A DNA stretch of 64,000 bases, taken from a virus. The DNA is taken from IMG/VR virus record IMGVR_UViG_3300033066_001842. One strand, given 5' to 3'. Both the position numbers and the translations under genes were made by a program. Positions within the stretch are counted from its first letter, which is position 1; each line of letters opens with the position of its first letter. The notes under the pieces are model-generated. The model was not told where the DNA came from and searched no databases. It saw only the letters and a list, made by a program, of their open reading frames with translations. Positions 26,574 to 35,551 of the stretch are shown in pieces.

Positions 26574-27621
26574 TTTCTGTTTCCTCTTTCTTTTTCACAG
26601 GAATAACAATATTATGCAACTCCTTGAAATCATCAATTGCATTCTTAACCAACGTCTCCACAAGATCATTGGCCCTCTGTGGAAAATCCACCCCTTTAAT
26701 TGTACCTCTAAAATAATTGCCAAACAAGGTGCAAACCCTACTTGCATCATCGCTGAGCTTGTTCGAATTCTCCCACTTCGTAATATCATTCCACAAATCA
26801 GTAGGAGATTTCACAAAAGTAGGCGTATGACTGGGCGAACCTGGAACCCGTGGATCGCCGCCAACTCTCGTATCCCCCAATTTCCCCTGTGAATTCCCCA
26901 ATTCTTTGGGATCACCGCTTCCCTCAGAACTCTTATTCTTTTTAACACTGATTTTCCCAGTGTCAGGATCAGTTGCCTTAGTCGCAACATCATCCCTCAA
27001 ATTTTCAGGAACTTTCAAAAGCGCCATTGCATCCGTATAGCTCAACAATCCGGTATGCAACTTATTTTGCAACCCTGCATCCAACTTCATCAAGCTCAAA
27101 TACTGCGAAACAGTACCCTGACTCTTGAAACAAAAGAATTCCGCAATTTCCTGTTGCGTCATCTTAAAATGCTCACTCATAACCTTCATAGACTTTGACA
27201 TATCCATGGGGCTAAAAGTGCGAAAATGATTTTCTCCCAACTGTTTCAGAAAATGGGCCTTCTCATCTTCTTCCCCATTTTCCAAAACATACTTAATCTT
27301 TGTCTTGGGTTTCCCCTCATTTTCCTCAATCTCATTCAAAATCAACAACGCAGTATGGCGACAATACCCAATATCGACAACCAACTGCTTACTCTTATTA
27401 ATCTTACAAACAATTGGCTGCGCTTGTCCATGATCCCGAATATTAAACGCCAGATCATTCAATTGTGCTTGCGTCGGAACCCCAAATCGGCCCTTATTAT
27501 TGCCCCAATCGGCAACAATATTTTCCGCAAACTCTTCCAAAAACCCCGTCTTAGCTTTAGACATTTCTTTTTTCCTTTTCTTTAATAATTTATCTCCAAA
27601 TATGAAGGGGACACCGAACAC
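26563..27621 (-). CDS. ParB-like nuclease-domain protein
   Basis: N-terminal QAQPIVCKINKSKQLVVDIGYCRHTALL resembles the ParB/Srx GxxRxxA core; C-terminal K/E-rich. Confidence 0.45.
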   Translation of the reverse strand: MFGVPFIFGDKLLKKRKKEMSKAKTGFLEEFAENIVADWGNNKGRFGVPTQAQLNDLAFNIRDHGQAQPIVCKINKSKQLVVDIGYCRHTALLILNEIEENEGKPKTKIKYVLENGEEDEKAHFLKQLGENHFRTFSPMDMSKSMKVMSEHFKMTQQEIAEFFCFKSQGTVSQYLSLMKLDAGLQNKLHTGLLSYTDAMALLKVPENLRDDVATKATDPDTGKISVKKNKSSEGSGDPKELGNSQGKLGDTRVGGDPRVPGSPSHTPTFVKSPTDLWNDITKWENSNKLSDDASRVCTLFGNYFRGTIKGVDFPQRANDLVETLVKNAIDDFKELHNIVIPVKKKEETENVS

Positions 27622-27945
27622 TTGGTCCGAAATGTCCCCTTTAAAAAATTTAATAGTTTAGTGGTACTGCTATCACATTGGAGTATTCCCCTTTCTTCAT
27701 AACAATCCCAACACATTTTAAATCAGAAAATCTACAATGATGTCTCCATAGTAAGCGCTTACCGTACACATCAGAGATTTCTGAAACAAAATGTTTACTA
27801 CCTAATATAAATATATATAAAATCGAACAAGCAGCCTAGAAAACAGCCTACAAGGATCTCGGCACCGGAGCACCAAGCATAAGACGCCTTTCTCTAAACC
27901 ACTTTTGGCCACTTTTTAGCTGAACTGTATTTACTAAACTATTGT

Positions 27946-28923
27946 CTAGTAGCCAGCATCAAAGTAGGCAACTCCAAATACTTGATTCAAATATTCGTTA
28001 TCGTTGCCTTTGGCCCATTTTGCCTCAATCTTGTTTTTTCTTAATGTTTCTAGCATTTTTTCCCAATTTGCATTTCCATATTTGCGCAAAAGGATCAACT
28101 GCTTTCCATTTGCTACGGCGAAAACTCTCGCCAAAAAATCGCCCTTACTATCAGGTACAAATATGACTGCTACATCCTTACATTTCAGGTAGAGTCTAGG
28201 GGCATTCTTATTACATCCTTTTGGATTTAAACAACTGTCAAAATGTTTTGTTTTAGAACACCGCAATATATCATTATATTTTGTGGACAATTTAAATTTT
28301 ACCCCACTATTTTTGTCCACAACCTCTTTAATCATCCGCTCATCAATTCCTGGAACAGTCTTCTTCAAATATTTTGGTAAATCCCCTAAACCACTCGCTT
28401 CCACCAACATATCTAAAGAAGTTTTTTCAGAAGTATACCACCCTTCAATACTTCTCAAAAACTTTGTTCTCTCAATCTTCGATTTCTTTGGATACTCCAA
28501 ATAATTCTTTACACTATTTTTACCCGTATACTTATCCCTCTGATATTGTGAATCCACAACAAAAGCCTGCAAATAATATTTAATAGAATTATTAATTGAT
28601 CTCCTAAAGTTGCGATATGCCCCTTTTTTAAATTTTCCCTTCACCAGCCAATCCGATTGTATCGATGAAAATTCCGTTAAAGCAATAGGACACAATTTTC
28701 CACACTCATAGCAAGCGGGAGCCCGATTATACATCATTAGTTCGGGCTCTAAAGAAATAATTCTGTATGTCTGGCAAATACTACAAAAATATGAAAAATC
28801 AAATGAATAAAAAAAAGCGTTTGTCCCTTCCAGCTTATAGTATGGCGCAATCTTCTTATTATATTCAATGAGTTTTGCCGAGTCTACTGATTGATAATTT
28901 ACAATAGTGCCATATACGCTCAT
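27946..28923 (-). CDS. hypothetical Cys-rich protein
   Basis: 325 aa, CSICQTY...CYECGKLC. Confidence 0.4.
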   Translation of the reverse strand: MSVYGTIVNYQSVDSAKLIEYNKKIAPYYKLEGTNAFFYSFDFSYFCSICQTYRIISLEPELMMYNRAPACYECGKLCPIALTEFSSIQSDWLVKGKFKKGAYRNFRRSINNSIKYYLQAFVVDSQYQRDKYTGKNSVKNYLEYPKKSKIERTKFLRSIEGWYTSEKTSLDMLVEASGLGDLPKYLKKTVPGIDERMIKEVVDKNSGVKFKLSTKYNDILRCSKTKHFDSCLNPKGCNKNAPRLYLKCKDVAVIFVPDSKGDFLARVFAVANGKQLILLRKYGNANWEKMLETLRKNKIEAKWAKGNDNEYLNQVFGVAYFDAGY

Positions 28924-29559
28924 TGTATTTTCCTCCTAATTCTCTAAGATATTTAGGCTGCTAAGCACAGTATCAAAAATTTTTCAAGCGTCTCTCCAGC
29001 CGGGCTTTCACCGCTGTCCCTACTCTGTATATTAAATTTCTGAACCTTTAGGGGCCACCATGCTTAGCCCTAAATCTCCTAAAGAAGTGGGGAGACATAA
29101 AAAATGCAAAAACTAGAATTGACTATGAGTCCAATTTCCTCGTCCCACATTTACAACACTCCAACCCTTGCCCGTCCAAAGTTTGTGTCGGTGTGTCTGT
29201 CTCCCACTCTCAAAGGATATCAATTTCTGATAAGGAACGCAACACCTTTTATATAGTACTTTACTCCCAATTCACACTAGTACTACCTTCCTAGTACCTT
29301 TTCAACAATTCCAAATCCAAATTTTCAAAATCCCCTTTGTTCAAAAAAATTGTACGCCGTTATATGTGCGTGGCCGTAAATTAAACCAAATTTTAAAAAA
29401 AAAACGGGATATTAATTATAATATATAAATTCTAAAATATCAATAATTGATATTATCAATAACCGATTATCGATAGCCAACAACCGATACCCAATTAGCG
29501 ATTGAAATATAGGGATTTTTCGCCATGGAAAAAACTTTCAAAAACTTTCATTTTTTCTC

Positions 29560-30768
29560 TTGCAATTTTTCGGAGCCAACTTTAAACTTGTTTATGTAGG
29601 GTGGATGATGATTGACAAACGATCAACGCCCCCTAACATCAAACCTCAAGAAAAAGGACACAAGAAAATGGCTTCGAATATGCTCGATATGGTAATCAAC
29701 AATGCTGTGGCAGGTGCCACTTCTAACATTTGGTGGGCCAATGGCAAAAAAGGCGGTGTTGACGGAACCTCAAAAATCGTCGCACCAACTTCTATTAGAG
29801 GGGATGAATCGGTGGATGAACTGATCCAGCTTCTCAACCTGGATTGGGATCCAATCGCAGAACGGCTAGTGAATCCCTCGACCAAACAAAAGAGCGATGC
29901 ATGGGAGATCTATCGTCCTGATAACGGGGATGTTCTCGCAACAGTTATTTCTTCCAAGAAAGTGGGGATTCCCCCATCTCCGCGTGAGATCCTGGAATTC
30001 ATCTCCTCGATCCGAGAGCAAGTCAATGCCCAATGGGCAACTGGCGGACTCACAACAACAGCCCGTCTGTGGGCAAACATCCGCTTGCCACAAGCAATGG
30101 TGGATATGGGCGGCGGCGACGTGATCCACAACACGTTGATGATGATGTATGACTACAAGGCGCGTAAAGGACGCCTCAAGTTGTGCGCAACCAATGTTGT
30201 GTGTGACAACACTCTCCAGTATGCGCTTGACGAGAAATCCAAGGTTGACGTTGATTGGTCCGACCGCGATGACATCGCCACGGGGAAGCTTCTCAAAGCG
30301 CTCAAGCTTGCCGATGACCGCTTCAACTCCGTCATTAACAAGTTTGGTGTTCTCCAATCGCGTCACGCCGATCTGCGCAACGCGCCCGAGATCATCACCT
30401 ACGCTCATATCCTCGACACACCAGCAGTACTTGCCCGTGTTTTGGATGCACAACAACGTGACGGCGGAGAAGCCTATGATATCGTGCATGACCTTCTCAA
30501 GTCTTATTCCATGCAACGGGCAACGGACTTGACCAGCTTGGGGAAAACCATCATCACCAATATGGTTGCTGGAGTGGGGCAAGAAATGGAAGCACGCAAA
30601 GATAACTGGTATGGGGCCTTGCAGGGCGTTACCTACGCTGTGGATCATGCCATGGGACGTGACGCAGATTCCCGCATTGACTCAGGGTATTTTGGTGCCC
30701 GTTCCGATCTCAAGAGCAATGCCCTCGAAGTTGCGTTGATCGTGTCGGATGTGGCAAAATCAATCTAG
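29560..30768 (+). CDS. hypothetical protein in the GC-rich island (possibly DUF932-type phage/plasmid protein; start likely at Met 29646)
   Basis: 402-aa ORF on the plus strand inside a minus-strand block; local GC about 50% versus about 38% elsewhere; NIWWANGKKGG near the N-terminus; not RtcB-like. Confidence 0.4.
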   Translation: MQFFGANFKLVYVGWMMIDKRSTPPNIKPQEKGHKKMASNMLDMVINNAVAGATSNIWWANGKKGGVDGTSKIVAPTSIRGDESVDELIQLLNLDWDPIAERLVNPSTKQKSDAWEIYRPDNGDVLATVISSKKVGIPPSPREILEFISSIREQVNAQWATGGLTTTARLWANIRLPQAMVDMGGGDVIHNTLMMMYDYKARKGRLKLCATNVVCDNTLQYALDEKSKVDVDWSDRDDIATGKLLKALKLADDRFNSVINKFGVLQSRHADLRNAPEIITYAHILDTPAVLARVLDAQQRDGGEAYDIVHDLLKSYSMQRATDLTSLGKTIITNMVAGVGQEMEARKDNWYGALQGVTYAVDHAMGRDADSRIDSGYFGARSDLKSNALEVALIVSDVAKSI

Positions 30769-30851
30769 CGCCTAAGGGCTAAACCTGCACTCAATTTCGG
30801 GGGAAGCTAAAAAATTCCCCCAAATTTCAATCAAAAAAACGGAGAATTTTC

Positions 30852-31226
30852 ATGGAAACCCCTTACAGTTTGAGAATTGAGCACGGAGCTGGAATGATTA
30901 TCTACACTCTAATTGATCGTGGAGTGTTGCGCGCAACAATGGCCGTTTGTGAAGCTGACGAGAATCTCGGAATGCTCACAACAAATAATCCGGTGAATTA
31001 TTTCTCGGATGCCCCACAATTGCCAGAGCATACGGCGCAAGCGGTTTGTCCTCGCCAATGGGGATATCATCCGAATTATCCACACGTTACGGGCGTTCTC
31101 AAAGCAGCATTGATTACGCACCTGGAAGAGCTTGCAATCAAGGCTACATGTACGATTCAGAGCAGTGTGGTAAAGAGGATCTTACCTACTTCAAACGAGT
31201 CAACACTGAGGCCAATTGGCAACTGA
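30852..31226 (+). CDS. hypothetical protein (island)
   Basis: 124 aa. Confidence 0.35.
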   Translation: METPYSLRIEHGAGMIIYTLIDRGVLRATMAVCEADENLGMLTTNNPVNYFSDAPQLPEHTAQAVCPRQWGYHPNYPHVTGVLKAALITHLEELAIKATCTIQSSVVKRILPTSNESTLRPIGN

Positions 31227-31245
31227 AGGAAGTGGAGTTTTCCTA

Positions 31246-31518
31246 ATGTACTTTAGACGCATAACGAAAACAGCGGCTCGGAAACGGTTCGAGCAAGGGC
31301 TTAATTTCCACATCATTGCACACAAGATGCGGCCCGGATTCCCATTCCAAATGGGAATGGACGTATTCCCCCAATTCATCGCCAACAGAGCTATTGTATC
31401 GGGAGAGTCTAACCAACAAACCTTCGATGCAATGGTGAACCAATTCACGTATTACAATTGCAGCCATGAAACGGGATACTATCCCGCATTCTACATTGTG
31501 GAAAAAGGGGAAAAATGA
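31246..31518 (+). CDS. hypothetical protein (island)
   Basis: ORF 31216..31518 trimmed to Met MYFRRITK. Confidence 0.3.
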   Translation: MYFRRITKTAARKRFEQGLNFHIIAHKMRPGFPFQMGMDVFPQFIANRAIVSGESNQQTFDAMVNQFTYYNCSHETGYYPAFYIVEKGEK

Positions 31519-31647
31519 AATGGTTTGATTGGGCGATCATTCTTTTTATTTGGGTCTTTACAATTCCCGCACAATGCGGGTTTGCGAGGATCTTACACAA
31601 ATGGCTGAAAGGGGAGTTGAAAATATTCCCATGGGAGTGGTAGGAAA

Positions 31648-31851
31648 ATGAAAAACAAACAAAAGATTGAAACGCTTTTTAGGGACAGGTTTCCTGATGT
31701 CCGTATCTTGGGAATGTATCCACTCAAAGCCTATTCTACAGATAGACATCCTGCATGGTGTATCACGGGTGGGGACGGGAATGTTTATCTGTGCGATGAG
31801 GTGAGTATTGAGTGCTATACCAAGGGATTGGTAATCTGGATTTCAACCTAA
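31648..31851 (+). CDS. hypothetical protein (island)
   Basis: 67 aa. Confidence 0.3.
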   Translation: MKNKQKIETLFRDRFPDVRILGMYPLKAYSTDRHPAWCITGGDGNVYLCDEVSIECYTKGLVIWIST

Positions 31852-32044
31852 CCAAAAACATGGTCAAAACATAGGGGCAACATCTAGGAAAGGAAAAATA
31901 TGATTTACATGATAACGGCATTCAGTGCGATTTCGTATCCCGCTACGAGAATGGGATAAAACTCACATAAGGCTAAAAACATAGGGCGCAGCCCCCTCAA
32001 TCAATCGGAAGCAATTCCCTGTAAACCAAGAACATATCTATTAA

Positions 32045-32068
32045 TAGGCCCTTAATTGGGCCTTTTTT
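32045..32068 (+). terminator. rho-independent terminator closing the island operon
   Basis: AGGCCC-TTAATT-GGGCCT followed by TTTTTTATT. Confidence 0.5.
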
Positions 32069-32124
32069 ATTGCCCAAATCCAAAGTGTATATTATCGATA
32101 ATGCTACAGTGGCAATTATATATA

Positions 32125-32400
32125 ATCCCCTAAAGTACTAAAGTACTAAAGTGCTACCTAAGTAACTAATTCTCTTGACTTTATGTAAGTGTATGATAAT
32201 ACAGTACTTACCCCACTGATGCATACTCTGGGCTGTTTGTCAAGTACAAAATGATCTTAGTACTTTAGTACTGATTCAATCGTAGTACATTAGTACTGTG
32301 TCACCTTAGTACTTTAGTACTGTGTCGTACCAGTACTTTAGTACTAGTACTTTTTACTTAGTACGGGGGTACCAGTACCCTTAGTACTTTAGTACTAGAG
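32125..32400. repeat. iteron array built on AGTACT(TTAGTACT) units
   Basis: TTAGTACTTTAGTACT occurs 4 times direct (32267, 32305, 32331, 32378), once inverted as AGTACTAAAGTACTAAAG (32130-32150), plus degenerate copies such as GTAGTACATTAGTACT. Confidence 0.7.
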
Positions 32401-32511
32401 CCCCCCGCCCTCCCCTGTGACCTTGGTCACAGTATGTATATATTTCTACAAAAATTTTAGAATTTAGAACGTTTCGTGTTTCGCTGTACTTCGCTTCGCT
32501 ACGTACAAAAT

Positions 32512-32769
32512 TCACCCCAACCTTGACCCAACATCTTTTGTCCTAAACCTATAAGTCCCACCAATCCCCTTTGGTCCCTCCAATTGCACCGCCGTATAAA
32601 AATACTTATAACTAACAATTCCTTTTGAATTATAATTCAAACTCTTATATACTACAGGGGGGAACCATTTATTCCATCTTTGCAATCCAAAAATTGCAGC
32701 CCCAATTAACGAAAACCAATTTCTTCTACTAAATTTTTTCATTGTACTAATTTCCCGCTGCCTTCCCAT
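32512..32769 (-). CDS. hypothetical protein
   Basis: 85 aa. Confidence 0.3.
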   Translation of the reverse strand: MGRQREISTMKKFSRRNWFSLIGAAIFGLQRWNKWFPPVVYKSLNYNSKGIVSYKYFYTAVQLEGPKGIGGTYRFRTKDVGSRLG

Positions 32770-32978
32770 TCCAACGCTTGTGGTTTAGGAATCCCCGTAT
32801 GTTCCTGTATTGCAACCCCATTAACAAAGTGGGCGCAAAAAAAGTGTGCCTGTTGTCCCAAATATGTCAACTGTCTACCGTCTTCAAAAGCTACAATAAC
32901 CATTTTTACTGGACTATTATCCCCTTTGATTTCCCCATCCTCATTTACAAAATGCGGCGGCATTTTATTTTCTGGCAT
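32739..32978 (-). CDS. hypothetical protein
   Basis: 79 aa. Confidence 0.3.
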   Translation of the reverse strand: MPENKMPPHFVNEDGEIKGDNSPVKMVIVAFEDGRQLTYLGQQAHFFCAHFVNGVAIQEHTGIPKPQALEWEGSGKLVQ

Positions 32979-32979
32979 T

Positions 32980-33417
32980 TTATTTTATTCCAAATTCCTT
33001 TTTTAACCAATTATTAATTTCATTTAACAATTGCATTTCTTCTTTTTTGCCCCCCAAATCTGGGTGATATTTTTTGCTCAACTGTTTAAAACCTGTGGCA
33101 ATTAATTCTCCAACCATTACTTTTTTATTTTCTTCCGTATAAATATAAAGATTTTCAAATTTTGGGGGTTTTTGGTTTTCTTTTGTTCCGTGGGCTCCCG
33201 TTGGTCGCCCTTTTTTAGCATCACCTTTACCAGATCCCCCAAAAAGCATATCTGGAGTAACCACAATAAAGTGTTCTTCCTCCAGAACCTCGATAATCCT
33301 TCCCAACAGTGGGGGGTTGATATCAAGATTTGATAATGCCCAAAGCAAGTAGTCAACCTCGATTTCATCTAACCAGTGTCCCTTCCATTTTCCAAATGGC
33401 ATTTTATGTCTTGACAT
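32980..33417 (-). CDS. DnaJ (J-domain) protein
   Basis: C-terminal KKYHPDLGGKKEEMQLLNEINNWL carries the HPD tripeptide in J-domain context. Confidence 0.5.
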   Translation of the reverse strand: MSRHKMPFGKWKGHWLDEIEVDYLLWALSNLDINPPLLGRIIEVLEEEHFIVVTPDMLFGGSGKGDAKKGRPTGAHGTKENQKPPKFENLYIYTEENKKVMVGELIATGFKQLSKKYHPDLGGKKEEMQLLNEINNWLKKEFGIK

Positions 33418-33472
33418 ACACCTATAATACCAGCTATTCTAAGAGTGGGCAAGGGAAAAGCTTTTAAGCTAT

Positions 33473-33820
33473 TTGAGCCAAGGGTGCCTTATTTGTTTTT
33501 TCCTGCCCCCCCCCAAAAAATATATGTCAAACCTACTAGTTACCAAAGAAACCTTTGAAGCTGTTTGGCTTCAAAACAAAGAAGCTATTGAACGGTCTTC
33601 CCAGTCTTTTACAAAAGATCGTTCTGTTCCAGACACATTCTCTCCTCTCATTTTGGCGGAAAATATGAGCGCTTGTGCCTTAGACTTACAAGTCTTAATG
33701 AACAACAATGACTTTTCCAAAGACTACGAAAAAATTCAAATCGTTTTAACTGAAATTTTTGATAAAGCTTTGGTCTATAAAGCCTACTTCACCCAACTAA
33801 AGAAAAATGGAACCATCTAA
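33473..33820 (+). CDS. hypothetical protein
   Basis: 115 aa. Confidence 0.35.
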   Translation: MSQGCLICFFLPPPKKYMSNLLVTKETFEAVWLQNKEAIERSSQSFTKDRSVPDTFSPLILAENMSACALDLQVLMNNNDFSKDYEKIQIVLTEIFDKALVYKAYFTQLKKNGTI

Positions 33821-34079
33821 AAAATCTCTCCTCTATTGGGAAATTGGCGACCTCTGCGAATATAAAGAAAAAAATGTTTTAATCCCCGTTGAGATTATAG
33901 CCAAACTTAAATCAAAAGAACCTCTTGAGAATAGAGAATATATTCGTTACACTTTCAAACGGTATGACCGCGATCATAAAAACGAATTCTCTCTCTACTT
34001 ATTCTTGGAATTTTTTGAGGACACTATTCCCGAGTGTCCAACACTCCAATCACTAGGAACAGAACTGAAAATAAACTAA
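33807..34079 (+). CDS. hypothetical protein
   Basis: 90 aa. Confidence 0.35.
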   Translation: MEPSKKSLLYWEIGDLCEYKEKNVLIPVEIIAKLKSKEPLENREYIRYTFKRYDRDHKNEFSLYLFLEFFEDTIPECPTLQSLGTELKIN

Positions 34080-34080
34080 T

Positions 34081-34311
34081 ATGTCTACATACAATCCTTA
34101 CCGTGTGAAAAAAGAAAAGCCCCTTATTGAAGAACGCCCAACTATGGAAGTGTTACCTAAAAACCCACACCCCCTAGTTGAAACCAATGAAAAATTTCTC
34201 CGTTGGTTTCATAAACAGGCGCAAACTTTAATGATGCCCTTGGTATATAATCTATTATGTACTGAATTTGAAACGCAAAACCCCGGAGTCAAACTAAAAC
34301 GTTTCTCCTAA
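34081..34311 (+). CDS. hypothetical protein
   Basis: 76 aa. Confidence 0.3.
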   Translation: MSTYNPYRVKKEKPLIEERPTMEVLPKNPHPLVETNEKFLRWFHKQAQTLMMPLVYNLLCTEFETQNPGVKLKRFS

Positions 34312-34317
34312 TTTTAT

Positions 34318-34397
34318 GGCCCTGTACCGCCCTCGCCTTCTAAGCGTGAAAAGCGTAACGGATGAAAATGTGGGTTCGAATCCCTCCAGGGCTTCCA
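34318..34397 (+). tRNA. atypical tRNA-like gene, anticodon arm consistent with Arg(UCU), no canonical D-arm
   Basis: acceptor GGCCCTG/CAGGGCT (G·U at 1-72), T-arm GTGGG-TTCGAAT-CCCTC, CCA encoded; anticodon arm CTCGC-CTTCTAA-GCGTG sits only 5 nt after position 9, then a 21-nt unstructured stretch precedes the T-arm. Confidence 0.3.
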
Positions 34398-34417
34398 TTT
34401 TGTTATTCTAAATATAT

Positions 34418-34492
34418 GGCTAGTTAGCTGAGATGGATTAGCTTTGGTCTGAAAAACCAAGCAGCTTGGATCGTTACCAAGACTAGCCACCA
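34418..34492 (+). tRNA. tRNA-Phe(GAA)
   Basis: perfect acceptor GGCTAGT/ACTAGCC, anticodon stem TTGGT/ACCAA loop CTGAAAA, T-arm CTTGG-ATCGTTA-CCAAG, CCA encoded. Confidence 0.7.
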
Positions 34493-34497
34493 GTTTT

Positions 34498-34574
34498 TGC
34501 ACAGATAGTTTAATTGGTAAAACAATGGATTCCAAACCCATTAGATGAGAGTTCAAATCTTTCTCTGTGTGCCA
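34498..34574 (+). tRNA. tRNA-Trp(CCA)
   Basis: acceptor GCACAGA/TCTGTGT, anticodon loop TTCCAAA closed by AATGG/CCATT with an A·C at 31-39, T-arm GAGAG-TTCAAAT-CTTTC, CCA encoded. Confidence 0.55.
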
Positions 34575-34712
34575 ATCTTACCAGAATTATACCCGTTTAT
34601 TTCTTAGCCGAAACAATAGTCTAGCTACCTATTGCGGGGTTCCGATTATTGCATTTTAGGACGCACAAGGAACATGCATTACTCTAGTGCTATAATTCTG
34701 GTATAGTCTTTT

Positions 34713-34787
34713 GTTCCGAGTTAGCTCAAAGGTAGAGCAAGCGACTGATAATCGTTAGACCATAGTTCGATTCTATGACTCGGAACC
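34713..34787 (+). tRNA. tRNA-Ile(GAU)
   Basis: perfect acceptor GTTCCGA/TCGGAAC, D-arm GCTC-AAAGGTA-GAGC, anticodon loop CTGATAA, T-arm CATAG-TTCGATT-CTATG; CCA not encoded. Confidence 0.65.
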
Positions 34788-34988
34788 ATTTTTATGCCTG
34801 AAACAAAAAAACAAATACAAGATAGACTTAAAACTGTAATGCCAATTGGTGACACAGATTTCACAGACATGTCTGAAACATCTTTTGTCATGTGGTTTAA
34901 TGGTCACTGCTTCCTGTGGAAATTTGATAAAGATTCCCAAAAATGGGATTGTATTGACGAACTCTAGTTTATATGTTATGCTAAATGT

Positions 34989-35064
34989 GGGTCTGTAACT
35001 CAATTGGCAGAGTAATTGGCTTTTAACCAAGAGGTTGGGGGTTCAATTCCCTCCAGACCCACCA
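34989..35064 (+). tRNA. tRNA-Lys(UUU)
   Basis: perfect acceptor GGGTCTG/CAGACCC, D-arm ACTC-AATTGGCA-GAGT, anticodon loop CTTTTAA, CCA encoded. Confidence 0.7.
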
Positions 35065-35073
35065 AATTTTTAT

Positions 35074-35148
35074 GGTCCTTTCGTCTAACGGATAAGGCAT
35101 TGCGCTACGAACGCAAAAATATAGGTTCGATTCCTATAGGGACTTCCA
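35074..35148 (+). tRNA. tRNA-Arg(ACG)
   Basis: acceptor GGTCCTT/AGGGACT (2 G·U), perfect anticodon stem TTGCG/CGCAA loop CTACGAA, T-arm ATAGG-TTCGATT-CCTAT, CCA encoded. Confidence 0.7.
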
Positions 35149-35157
35149 CAATTTTAC

Positions 35158-35248
35158 GGAAAGGTGACAGAGTGGTAATGTGCGATTCTGCTAAAATCAG
35201 GCTAACCTCTAAAGGGTTACGAAGGTTCGATCCCTTCCTTTTCCGCCA
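35158..35248 (+). tRNA. tRNA-Ser(GCU)
   Basis: 91 nt with long variable arm; acceptor GGAAAGG/CTTTTCC, anticodon loop CTGCTAA, T-arm GAAGG-TTCGATC-CCTTC, CCA encoded. Confidence 0.6.
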
Positions 35249-35434
35249 AAACTTTTAAAGGACATTTTTATGGCACGTATTTCTAAAGAACCTTGTGAAT
35301 TTTGCAAGGGTGAAAATTGTGTAGAAGTTTCTCAACCTAATGATTGGGATTCCGATTACAAAATCCATTGCCTAAAATGTGATAAAGTTTATTGGGTAGA
35401 CGGTGAAGACGGTTAATCTGCTATCCTAATTTTA

Positions 35435-35529
35435 TGGGAGTGATGCAAGGTTGGTAGACTTGCGCTGGTCTGTAAAACCAGTCTTTCTTAGAAAGTTAAC
35501 ACATTGGTTCAAATCCATTCACTCCCACC
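35435..35529 (+). tRNA. tRNA-Tyr(GUA)
   Basis: 95 nt with long variable arm; perfect acceptor GGGAGTG/CACTCCC, perfect anticodon stem CTGGT/ACCAG loop CTGTAAA, T-loop TTCAAAT, CCA encoded. Confidence 0.7.
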
Positions 35530-35551
35530 ATTTCTTTTTTAAGGACACCCC

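Noticed and set aside
29866-30648. 260-aa minus-strand ORF inside the island
   Set aside because: Antisense to the 402-aa plus-strand gene in a GC-rich segment where long shadow ORFs are expected. His/Cys-rich low-complexity translation.
29560-30768. RtcB RNA ligase (expected partner of Ro60 and tRNA repair)
   Set aside because: Size fits, but none of the RtcB His/Cys metal-binding motifs are present. I found no RtcB candidate in the window.
32125-32400. CRISPR array
   Set aside because: The repeat units are short palindromic half-sites with irregular, very short spacing and no unique spacers of uniform length. There are no cas genes.
33405-33435. TTGACA ... TATAAT promoter-like hexamers
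   Set aside because: Spacer is only 6-7 nt, and the TTGACA overlaps the start codon of the minus-strand DnaJ gene. Coincidental.
34314-34556. 80-aa minus-strand ORF
   Set aside because: Completely overlaps three plus-strand tRNA genes (34318..34574). Spurious.
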